The position numbers and the translations under genes are program-made. The notes under the pieces are model-generated. The model worked only from the letters and a program-made list of their open reading frames with translations. It was not told the origin of the DNA and made no database searches. From Octopus sinensis (Eukaryota), in NCBI RefSeq assembly GCF_006345805.1, contig NC_043022.1:7130001-7194000 (forward strand): a stretch of DNA of 64,000 bases, read 5' to 3'. Of this stretch, positions 1 to 10,812 are shown in pieces. Each line of letters starts with the position of its first letter. Position 1 is the first letter of the stretch.

Positions 1-263
1 AAAGATCGATAAATTCGACATGGGGTCGAGAATCTAAGCTTTTTATATGCAACACATTTTCTGTCTAGGGGACACAACTCGACCTTTTTATCGCCCAAAG
101 GGACAGCTAGGAACATTGTATACACAGAAGTATTCGAGTGAAGAGAAGATATTGCAACTTGCACATGCGCCTTTGTTCCCAAGAGGGAAAGGACTAGATT
201 GGGATTAGTCGTTGCCTACTAGGGGCTCTTACATACCTGGGCAATGCCGGGCTATGCTGCTAG
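1..263 (+). mobile_element. Helitron 3' end (RepHel C-terminus remnant plus terminal hairpin and CTAG)
   Basis: 88-141 reads LSPKGTARNIVYTEVFE* (NIVYxEV-type RepHel end); cctgggcaatgccggg hairpin at about 236-251 followed by CTAG at 260-263, then T. Confidence 0.7.
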
Positions 264-968
264 TTTTATTATAAATGCAAAACAACACCACAGAAGAATC
301 GACGTTAGCTTAAATAATAAACTGCGATAGGTGAACTGTGATATGGCAATGGATTACTGTAAAGGTTCTTAGTCTAAATTCAGCGTGACGCTATGTATCA
401 GTTCAAGTTAATAAAACTGAGGACACCCGGAGAGCGAACTGATTGAAATACAGTGGAGATGTAAGAGAACAGGTTAGAATTCTAAAATTAGAAGAAGGGC
501 TTAACGATTAGAATCATATTAACAAATTAGAGAGAGAAAAATCATAGCAAAAATTTGTTTGATCATATGACTCCTTGACTATGCTAACCTAGGACTAAAC
601 AACAGCAAAGTGCCAACCAAGGAACCTGTTCCTGATTACTCCATCTGCTAGAAAGACAGCTAAATCCCACTTAAATCAAACACTACTGTCTTGAAAGCTA
701 AATCCCACTTAAATCAAACACTACTTGTGATGAAAGGCAAAGTCGACCTCGGTAACGAAAGGGTTATACACACAAGGGCATGGAAACACTGGAAAATTTC
801 ATCTTAGACACACTCTGTTAAAAACCCCCAAAAACAGGAGTGGATACAGATATGGTGCCTTTGACCATAGATCTTATTTGATCAATGTTGGGCTGGAACT
901 AAAGTTAAGTTCTGACTCAGTAAGGGATTATCAAGCAGTGAAAAGAAATTTCAGAATTGAAAACTTAC

Positions 969-1157
969 TGGATTAAAAACAAGCATGCGGGAGACAAGGT
1001 GTATAGCTTCATGAGTGGCTTGACTAGACAAGGAGTAGAGGGCAGTGAAAGAATTTGGTTTATGTGGCTGGCGGAGCATGTGTGCTTTGGCTCCTTCACA
1101 CGCTGTTCGCATGTCTTCCAAACTCGGAGTACCAAGTAAATCTGTTATGAGATCAAG
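969..1157 (-). CDS. NLK: Nemo-like kinase, kinase C-lobe exon (not in ORF track; gene continues out of window)
   Basis: 189 bp; cttacag|CTT GAT CTC ... AAT CCA|gtaagt = LDLITDLLGTPSLEDMRTACEGAKAHMLRQPHKPNSFTALYSLSSQATHEAIHLVSRMLVFNP. Confidence 0.96.
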
Positions 1158-1284
1158 CTGTAAGGAAGAAAGAAAGAAAGAGAGACAAAATGAAAAATGT
1201 TTATATTCATAATTTTACACAAGGCTAGAAATGTGGAGGGGTTAGTTGTTTATATCGATTGCAGCACATCACTGTGTTATTTAA

Positions 1285-1505
1285 CCCTTTCGTTACTGTA
1301 TTTATTTTCAGATGTTCTGTGTTTCTTCCAATTATTTTAAATATAACAAAGAATTTAGTAAAATAACATCGTTATAATTAAGCTAGTTTTAGGAACATAA
1401 ATTGTAACTAAGGTTTGGTGGAAGATTTTAATTCAGAAATTTTGAAAACCAGATATTTGTACTAAAGAGCCAGAGCCGGTTTCAGCCGGGTTGGTATCGA
1501 AAGGG
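1285..1505. mobile_element. piggyBac-type MITE family 1 (other copies 4476-4684 and 20636-20856)
   Basis: TTAA|CCCTTTCG...CGAAAGGG|TTAA; three homologous copies of about 210-220 bp; the 4476 copy is inverted and has TTAT on both sides. Confidence 0.85.
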
Positions 1506-1869
1506 TTAATTGAGCACAACCCTTCCTCTGCCCAGAAAGTAAAGCCCAGCAGAATTTCAACTCATAAACGCTTGCAAACTGAATAGCACAAAGAATTTTG
1601 TTAACGGTGGGGATTTTTATAATTATTTTTGTGATTTAGGCACAAGAAATGAAAAACATCTAATCTTTGTAGCCATGTGTGTGGAACACAGCAATTTAGA
1701 AATTGCCCAACTTTTTAATTGTTGTTGCCAGATCTTTAGTGCATGGAATTCAGATGGAATTGGAAGCTTCTGACAGGAATGTTTCAATTGTAACAAGGAC
1801 AGAAGAACATTCTAAATGTTCAGAGACTATGAAGACACTGCAATCCAACAAACAGGTTCAAAACATACC

Positions 1870-2104
1870 TATTTCTTTACTACCCACAAGGGGCTAAACA
1901 CAGAGAGGACAAACAAGGACAGACAAACGGATTAAGTCGATTATATCGACCCCAGTGCGTAAATGGTACTTATTTAATCGACCCCGAAAGGGTGAAAGGC
2001 AAAGTCGACCTCGGCGGAATTTGAACTCGGAACGTAACGGCAGACGAAATACCGCTAAGCATTTTCGCCCAGCGTGCTAACGATTCTGCCAGCTCACCGC
2101 CTTT
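1870..2104 (-). mobile_element. tRNA-headed SINE family B, about 230 bp (also about 17066-17295, 21139-21369, 22419-22646, 24430-24585, 24950-25318, 25618-25839 on +, 34833-35036, 40948-41178)
   Basis: Head GGCGGTGAGCTGGCAGAA..TTAGCAC / GAGTTCAAATTCC (A- and B-box-like); central GTCGACTTTGCCTTTCATCCTTTCGGGGTCGAT..AAGTACCA resembles the Meta-SINE domain (from memory); 19-bp TSD aacaggttcaaaacatacc at 1851-1869 and 2105-2123. Confidence 0.85.
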
Positions 2105-2121
2105 AACAGGTTCAAAACATA

Positions 2122-2292
2122 CCAGCGCAGTCATCCCTCTTGCACACTACATCGGATGCTTCTTAGGTCCAACTTTTCTCTCAAGGTACTTACACTCTGT
2201 TGAGTATGCACGCTGACATTACACATCCATCGGATCATACTGGATCTATTCCTTGTGATCTTATGCATGTCCTCAGCAGTCACGGCTCATAC
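2122..2292 (-). mobile_element. RTE-clade LINE ORF fragment
   Basis: Reads AVTAEDMHKITRNRSSMIRWMCNVSVHTQQSVSTLREKLDLRSIRCSVQEG*LRWY, typical of the RTE region after the RT domain. Confidence 0.7.
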
Positions 2293-2901
2293 TTTATTTT
2301 ATTGACCCCAGAAGAATGAAAGGCTAAGCTGGACTTGGCAGGACTTGAACCCAGGATATAAATGGAAATCAACCCATCACTCTACTGACTTAGGCATGAA
2401 AGTGCATGGCCTTGTGGTTAAGGTGTTCAGCTTATAATCATTAAGGCAGTGAGATCAATTCCTGAATCAGGTAGCATGTTGGGTTCTGGAGCATTTCACA
2501 TTCTCCCCTCAAATATTACTAAAGTCACAGAAAACCATGAACACCACCACATCAAATAGCTATGTGAGATTTAAATATATCATTTTCAAACTACCTATTG
2601 CTATTGTCTCAATGGTCCTGTGGGTAAAGACATACAGACATAGCAACACATATAACCCTTGGAAAAAGGATCAATCTTGGCCCTCTTACTGATTGTGTTT
2701 TTTTTTCTTCCCCCCTTTTCTCTCTAGAGAAAAATAAAACTAAATGAGGTAATATCACTAATCCCCACCTGAGACTGAAACCTCCATCTACCTAACTGCC
2801 TCGTCTGTCACCTAACACCCTTATCCACAAGGCCAGTAATATTACTTATACAAAATATGAGATATATAAATCTATACTAATGATTGGTTGTATGTATATA
2901 C

Positions 2902-2952
<51 letters not shown>

Positions 2953-3425
2953 GTATATACATATAAATAAATATATATAGATACATATAAATATATATAT
3001 ATATATAAATATATATCTCTGTCTTTACTTTTACTTGTTTCAGTCATTCGACTGCGGCCATGCGGGAGCACCGCCTTTAGTTGAGCAAATCGACCCGGGA
3101 CTTATTCTTTGTAAGCCCAGTACTTATTCTATCAGTCTCTTTTGCCGAACCGCTAAGTGACGGGGACGTAAACACACCAGCATCGGTTGTCAAGCAATGC
3201 TAGGGGGACAAACACAGACACACAAACACATGTTGTAATCTTTTGTGCCCAATATTTTGATGAACTTGTTAAACTTTTTTATATTTTCCCTTGTAAGCTG
3301 TTCTTTACATGTTCTTGTTATCAAAGAATGTATATATGTATTGCAGTATTTTGTCTTTTAAAATTGCATTTTCAAACCTTCTTTCATATATAATTCCACT
3401 CATGCAGTACCTTACAACTCCACTG

Positions 3426-3471
<46 letters not shown>

Positions 3472-3871
3472 TATATATATGTATATACATATATATATAC
3501 ATATATATACACACACATATATACACATATATTCACACTTAGATACATACATACTTATATATACATACACATATATAAACATATAGATATACATTATACA
3601 TAAATATATATGTATATAAAAAGCACCATCAGATCGTGACCGTTTGCCAGCTTCGTCTGGCATCTGTGCGGTGGCACGTAAAAAGCACCCACTACACTCA
3701 CGGAGTGGTTGGCATTAGGAAGGGCATCCAGCCGTAGAAACATTGCCAGATCAGACTGGGCCTGGTGCAGCCTTCTGGCTTCCCAGACCCCAGTCGAACT
3801 GTCGAACCCATGATAGCATGGAAAGCGGACGCTAAATGATGATGATGATATGTATATAAATATAAATGTGT

Positions 3872-3902
<31 letters not shown>

Positions 3903-4320
3903 GGCGCAGGAGTGGCTGTGTTGTAAGTAGCTTGCTAACCAACCACATGGTTCCGGGTTCAGTCCCACTGCGTGGCATCTTGGGCAAGTGTCTTCTGCTA
4001 TAGCCCCGGGCCGACCAATGCCTTGTGAGTGGATTTGGTAGACGGAAACTGAAAGAAGCCTGTCGTATATATGTATATATATATATAAGTGTGTGTGTAT
4101 ATGTTTGTGTGTCTGTGTTTGTCCCCCTAGCATTGCTTGACCACCGATGCTGGTGTGTTTACGTCCCCGTCACTTAGCGGTTCGGCAAAAGAGACCGATA
4201 GAATAAGTACTGGGCTTACAAAGAATAAGTCCCGTGGTCGATTTGCTTGACTAAAGGCGGTGCTCCAGCATGGCCGCAGTCAAATGACTGAAACAAGTAA
4301 AAGAGTAAAGAGAGAGTAAA
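3903..4320 (+). mobile_element. tRNA-headed SINE family A, about 400 bp, dominant repeat (+ copies about 18403-18813, 23006-23411, 30050-30352, 33473-33864, 37917-38342, 53508-53892, 58252-58640; - copies about 3020-3229, 19492-19884, 22070-22672, 27505-27928, 31903-32302, 41360-42388, 50826-51232, 54205-54611, 62472-62900)
   Basis: Head GGCGCAGGAGTGGCTGTGTGG...GGTTCAGTCCC, CORE-like cttgggcaagtgtctt, internal (AT)n(GT)n tract, tail (GAGTAAAA)n; about 20 highly similar copies. Confidence 0.92.
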
Positions 4321-4719
4321 TATATATATAAAGAATATGAGGTGTTTAGTTCAGTGGTGATCTAAATGAATAGGTATGCTGTGTAAGTGCTTATAATTGT
4401 TCATCCGTTAGGTTCACTGGTACCTGTACTTACTTTGGTTTTTGGTGTCCTTTTTCCTTTTATAGATATGTTTATCCCTTTCGTTACCAACCCGGCCAAA
4501 ACCGGCTCTGGTTCAGTAGTACAAATGTCTTGTTTTCATAAGTTTTGAATTCAAATCTTCCACCAAACCTTAGTCACAATTTATGTTCCTAACACTAGCT
4601 GAATGATAACGAAGTAATTTTACTAAATTCTTTGTAATTGAAAGAAACACAGGGCATCTCAACAGAAATACGGTAACGAAAGGGTTATACACACACACAG
4701 AACTTGTAACTGTGTTTAC

Positions 4720-4929
4720 CTGTTGGATTGGTCCCTGGGCTTGGAATAATATTCGTCTTCCAAGCAACTCAGCAAAAATGCAGCCCACGGACCAGATGTC
4801 CACAGCAGAGGTATAGTGTTTCGCTCCCATCAGGATTTCAGGAGCTCGGTAGTATTGAGTGACCACTTCTTGCGTCATGTGGGTATCTTCATCAGGTTCC
4901 TCAACCCGGGCCAAACCAAAGTCACAGAT
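4720..4929 (-). CDS. NLK: Nemo-like kinase, DFG / activation-loop exon
   Basis: 210 bp; gtag|ATC TGT GAC ... CAA CAG|gtaaac = [73 protein letters not shown] in place of TxY is diagnostic of NLK/Nemo/LIT-1. Confidence 0.98.
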
Positions 4930-5571
4930 CTACAACAACAACAACAACAACGTCATCATTAACATCTGAAAGAAAAGAAGGATGCAAAAGGTATGGAAAG
5001 AGAGAGAGAGAGAGAGAGAGAGGGAGACAGACAGACAGAAAAGGGACAAGACAATGCATCTGTGAAAGAAAGGAGGGAGAAAATATGGTGTGTGGGTATG
5101 TATATATATATATGTATGTATATATATATATATATATATATAGTTTCTTTTCAACTATCAAAATGTTACTCTTTTCCAACAACATACTTTGTTTGTGTAA
5201 TAAATACTATTCAACTATTGAGCATTTAAAGAAGCTAGATCCAGCCTCTCACACCTACCCTACAATGTCATTCTAAAAATAAAACAATCACCATTGGAAT
5301 CTCAAAGCTATGAAATAATGTATAATTAATTGAAAGCAATTTGAATCAATAAGCATTACATTTGACAGAATAATCTGAATGCTATCTGCCCCTTGCCAAT
5401 CCTGATCCCAATCTCTATATATTGGTGGGGCGGGATATCATTGAGTAATGAACAGGCTGGCATCAAAGAGATCCTTCATTGGTTTCAATGAGCTTTCCAT
5501 TTGTTCAGTTACAGTCTTGTGGGAATGGTTTACTACTTTATAGAGAATTGGTCCTTTTAACATAAGGTAGG

Positions 5572-5812
5572 AGAGTCCAGTTTGCTGGACATTGTTGTAG
5601 AGCTGAAAAAGAAGTAATTTCTACTCTTCTCCTCTGGAAGCCATCTACTCGCAATACCAGAGGGTGCACACTCTCCTACCCTGATGTAATCTCCAGGGAT
5701 ACAGGCATCCAGCAACAGGACCTCCATAATGCTATGATGGACCGTGAAGTCTGGCGTAACATAGTAAATTCCATTGTCTCGACCACGGTTGAACAATAAT
5801 GATGATGATGAG
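5572..5812 (+). mobile_element. RTE-clade LINE 3' end with (GAT)n tail
   Basis: RRVQFAGHCCRAEKEVISTLLLWKPSTRNTRGCTLSYPDVISRDTGIQQQDLHNAMMDREVWRNIVNSIVSTTVEQ* followed by (GAT)n. Confidence 0.8.
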
Positions 5813-6563
5813 GCAGAATTGGCATACCAAGGCCAGAGCCTTAGAATTACAGTTCAGTCCTTCTTCTATTAGAGCTGTGGTGATTGAGTATTCCAAACAC
5901 ACATGGACCCCTAATGTAATCTTCAGAATCAGTGTAACACTGCATGACAAGAGTGAACAATTTAATTATGGCTAAAATTCATAGAAAGGACTGCTCACAG
6001 TTTTCATTAACAAGGCCTGGAGCTATCAGAAGTTGTTGTAGAGTAAACTCACCCAACATCCACACAGTCAGTTTGAACCCTGGACTTTAAGATTACACAG
6101 TATGGCATTTGGTGATGCTGACATGCAAAGCTTTTGATGGCACTGTGTATTTTCTGATATTAATGAAATAAAGAGACACATACTGGTCCCCATAAAGAAG
6201 TTGATATAGACGCAGATGTGGCTGTGTGGTAAGGAGCTTGCTTCCCAACCACATGGTTCTTGGTTCAGTCCCACTGCATGGCGTCTTGGGCAACACTGTT
6301 TTTCTACTATAGCCTCAGGCCAACCAAAGCCTTGCGAAAAAACTGAAAGTCAGTCAGTCATATGTATATATGTAATATATATATATCATCATCATCGTTT
6401 AACGTCCGTTTTCCATGCTAGCATGGGTTGGATGGTTCGACTGGGGTCTGGGAAGCCAGGAGGGTGTACCAGGTTCCATATATATAACATGTGATCTCTT
6501 AAGCACCACCAGCTCAAATATTTTCTCCTCTGTCTTCCCTTCTTGGGATCTTTCCTTCTCCTT

Positions 6564-6598
6564 GTTTCCGACGAAGAGCTCTGCTCGAAACGTTAAAC
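6564..6598 (+). ncRNA. Minimal type I hammerhead ribozyme motif (Penelope-type), U4C variant
   Basis: GTTT-CCGACGA-A-GAGC TCT GCTC-GAAA-CG-TT-AAAC: stem I GTTT/AAAC, stem II GAGC/GCTC, palindromic ACGT stem III. Confidence 0.7.
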
Positions 6599-6715
6599 CC
6601 TCCTTCCCTTCTTTCCTGAGCGTCAAATAATACTTTAATTGTTCCACGTCCTCGCGTTGCTGTGTTTTTTTCTCCTTTTTTTTCTTTTTTTCTGTGTTTT
6701 CTTGTTTGGATTAAC

Positions 6716-6744
<29 letters not shown>

Positions 6745-6749
<5 letters not shown>

Positions 6750-7652
6750 GAGGGCATAATTATACATACATGCCAGGAGGCATTATATATACATGCCAAA
6801 CGCTAAGAGGGACAATCAGTCATTTCTACCAAAAATATTACTAATCCCACCGAATGCAATTTTTCAAAGTAAGACATTTAAAAATATAGGCTGTATCACA
6901 GTGATTTCATACTTACGTAATCATCAGCAGGCCTGAATGTATTATAAATAAACAACGACCCTGCCTCGCTTAAGCCGAACAGCTAACTGATCAACATCAA
7001 CGAAGCACATGGGTGAGTTTATATATATTACATCCGGGTGAATGGCAAACTTTTACAAAATTGCATTTCGGGAGAGGAAAAGTTTTTTCGGAATAAAAAT
7101 TTTGCAATTAAGGACAACTACTTAATAAGGAAAACTTAACAAGAAATTGTCAGGTAGATAGCGTAAAAACCTCATAAGAGAAAAAATTTCGAAAATAATT
7201 ATTTCTTATTGAACATATTAATTTATATATAGAGGGCATAATTATACATACATGCCAGGAGGCATTATATATACATGCCAAACGCTAAGAGGGACAATCA
7301 GTCATTTCTACCAAAAATATTACTAATCCCACCGAATGCAATTTTTCAAAGTAAGACATTTAAAAATATAGGAAATCACTGTGCTACAGGCCTATATTTT
7401 TAAATGTCTTACTTTGAAAAATTGCATTCGGTGGGATTAGTAATATTTTTGGTAGAAATGACTGATTGTCCCTCTTAGCGTTTGGCATGTATATAAATGC
7501 CTCCTGGCATGTATGTATAATTATGCCCTCTATATATAAATTAATATGTTCAATAAGAAATAATTATTTTCGAAATTTTTTCTCTTATGAGGTTTTTACG
7601 CTATCTACCTGACAATTTCTTGTTAAGTTTTCCTTATTAAGTAGTTGTCCTT

Positions 7653-7663
<11 letters not shown>
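6745..7663 (-). mobile_element. Penelope-like pseudo-LTR insertion (direct repeat plus 274-bp fold-back) between (TA)n tracts
   Basis: About 6745-6890 is repeated directly at about 7226-7372; 7099-7372 and 7391-7663 are inverted arms; hammerhead at 6889-6933. Confidence 0.75.
6889..6933 (-). ncRNA. Type I hammerhead ribozyme motif on the NLK pre-mRNA strand
   Basis: GGCCTG-CTGATGA-T TAC GTAA GTA T-GAAA-TCAC T GTGA-TA-CAGCC: intact core, GNRA-capped stem II, near-palindromic stem III, AUA cleavage triplet. Confidence 0.75.
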
Positions 7664-7710
<47 letters not shown>

Positions 7711-8159
7711 ACAGGCTTCTTTCATTTTCCGTCTACCAAATCCACTCAAAAGGCTTTGGTTGGCCAAGACTATAGTTGAAGACACTTACATAAGATGCCG
7801 CCATACAGTGAGAGTGAACCCAGAGCCATGTGGTTGGGAAGCGAGCTTCTTACCACACATGCATGTGTGTGTGTGTCTTTGTGTCTGTGTTTGCCCTCCC
7901 ACCTTCAGTTTGTCAACAGGTATTGATGTTTACATTTCCATAACTTAGTGGTTTGCCAGAACAGACCAATATAACAAGTACTAAGTTTAAAAAAACATAA
8001 GTACCGGGATCGATTGTTTCAAATAAGTTCTAATGACTGAAATAACCGAAAGATAAGTCTCCTGCGCCCAGTATTTTCATTAATGTAGGTGGCTGGGGTG
8101 GGATTTGTAACTGTCTCAATACTCTGATGTTTCTGGAGATAAAATGTCAAATATACAAC

Positions 8160-8432
8160 GACTGGCTTCCGTGCCGGTGACACGTAAAATACACCAATCC
8201 GACTGTGGCCGTGGCCAGCCTCGCCTGGCACCTGTGCAGGTGGCACGTAAAAAGCACCCACAACACTCACGGAGTGGTTGGCGTTAGGAAGGGCATCCAG
8301 CTGTAGAAACATTGCCAGATAAGACTGGAGCCTGGTGCAGCCTTCTGGCTTCCCAGATCCCCGGTCGAACCGTCCAACCCATGCTAGCATGGAGAACGGA
8401 CGTTAAACGATGATGATGATGATGATGATGAT
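8160..8432 (+). mobile_element. SINE-like family C with (GAT)n tail and variable internal tandem repeats (also about 3620-3850, 39430-39845, 62000-62155; - copies 6325-6480, 34313-34495, 43085-43315, 45390-45580, 46452-46760)
   Basis: Shared body gagtggttggcgttaggaagggcatccagctgtagaaac...ccaacccatgctagcatggaaaacggacgttaaac(GAT)n; 5' part built from tggcac...aaaa(a/g)cacc units. Confidence 0.8.
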
Positions 8433-8529
8433 GGTGTGTGTGTGTGTGTGTGAAAATGGGGATATATGAGTGAGTGAATGTCTTGTTGTCCTAACATAGC
8501 GTACTGTTTGTAAAAGAGTGTCCCTGTTA

Positions 8530-8952
<423 letters not shown>

Positions 8953-10499
8953 CTACTATAAGCACACAGCCTGAAATTTGGGGGAGGGGGATAGTTAATT
9001 ACATCAACCCCAATACTTAACTGGTACTTTAAATAAATAAAGATAATAACAATAATAATGATGTGATTTCAAATTTTGGCACAAGGCCAGCAATTTGAGG
9101 GGAGGGTAAGTCGACCCCCCCCCCCCCAATGTTCAACTGGTACTTAATTTATAAATCCCAAAAGGATGAAAGGTAAAATCGAACTCAGCAGAATTTGAAC
9201 TCAGAACGTGAAGACAGGCGAAATTACGCTAATCATTTCTGCCCAGCGTGCTAACAAGTCTACCAGCTTGCCACCTTAATTAATAATAATAATGAAATCA
9301 TTTGGCAGCGATACTTGAAACGGCACACGTCTTGAGAAAAGTGTTGCGTCTCTAAGCTGTGAGACGGAGCTGAGTCATGACAGAGATAAATCAGGAGGCA
9401 GGATAATAATAATAATAATAATATAATAATAATAATAATAATAATAATAACAGATTTGCTTGTCAGTTGTTTGACCTTAACTAGTTGAGCATGTCCCTTA
9501 GTGGCTGACGATATGTGCATCTCTCATCACGAGTAGAAGTAGTGGGTGAGTATCATAGCCATGTGTTGAGAGGGATTCTTTGGGGTTTGAATAGTTCACC
9601 TCTGGAAACATGGGTGTTTCGTTCAACGTCCTTAAACAACCCTTATTCAGGGACCTTTTGAGCGGGATGGGTTACTCGACCAGAAGAAAATTCTAACTGG
9701 GCCCCACCTGCAAGGTCATGTGCTGTTTATCTTGATATGAAATCACCATGTCGCGCACATATGGTTGTGATGCATGTGCCTAGTGTACCCTTATCAGACG
9801 GGTAGTCATGATGGGTATACTGGGCTTCACATATTTTACCCCAGTGTCACTTTGATGGCATCCACTGCTCTCTCACTCAATAATAATAATAATAATATCT
9901 TTTATTGGCTACAGAATTGTAACCTAGGAAAACAGAGGTTACACATTTCTGAGGGTGAGGGAGTATATTCAATTATATCAACACCAGTGTATGACTGGTA
10001 CTAATTTTATTCACCTCCCCTTTCCACTAGAATTATGAAAAGCAAAGTCTATTGAGAATGTAAAGGATTGTCACTAAACACCACAAGGTATTTTATCTGT
10101 CAATCAGATGTTTAATAGTCTTCCACTCTCTTATATGAAAATGATGATGATGATGATGATGATTGCTTGTTTGGGAACAAAATCACAAATGTAGTTGATT
10201 TAATTTATTTTTAGATGCTTGCAGCTAATTACTCTATTGCCCTTCTCCAATTGAATTGAGAAAGATTAATGAATCATGTATGCTGCAGACGAGCACATTG
10301 ACCTTGGAAGGATGAGAAACAGTGAGGCTTGAACTCAAAATACATCATCATCATCATCATCGTTTAATATCTGTTGGGTTGGATGGTTTGATAGGAGATG
10401 GTAAGGCCAGGAGTCTTACCAAGTTCCATAGTTTATTTTGGCATGGTTTCTATGGCTGGATACTCTTCCTAATGCCAACCACTTTTCTTAAAAAGACTC

Positions 10500-10812
10500 C
10501 GCCGGTTACGACGACGAGGGTCCCAGCTGATACGATCAACGGAACAGCTTGCTCGTGAAATTAACGTGCAAATGGCTGAGCATTCCACAGACATGTGTAC
10601 CCTTAACGTAGTTCTCGGGGATAATCAGCGTGACACAGAGAGTGACAAGGCTGACCCTTTGAAATACAAGTACAACTCATTTTTGCCAGCTGAATGGACT
10701 GGAGCAACGTGAAATAAAGTGTCTTGCTCAAGGACACAACGCGTCGCCGGGAATCGAACTCACAACCTTACGATCATGAGCCGAATGCCCCAACCACTAA
10801 GCCACGCGCCCT
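10500..10812 (-). mobile_element. tRNA-headed, CORE-like SINE family D (also about 12660-12810, 13560-13835, 26960-27335 with a different middle, 60955-61290 on +)
   Basis: Head GGCGCGTGGCTTAGTGGT..GGTTGTGAGTTCGATTCCC then tgtgtccttgagcaagacactt; shared 3' part ...ttaatttcacgagcaggctgttccgttgat...ccctcgtcgtcgtaacc. Confidence 0.8.

Noticed and set aside
10735-10812. tRNA gene with CAT anticodon-like loop on the minus strand
   Set aside because: Acceptor stem not closed and it runs directly into the SINE body; it is the tRNA-derived head of family D. The same applies to the family A and B heads.
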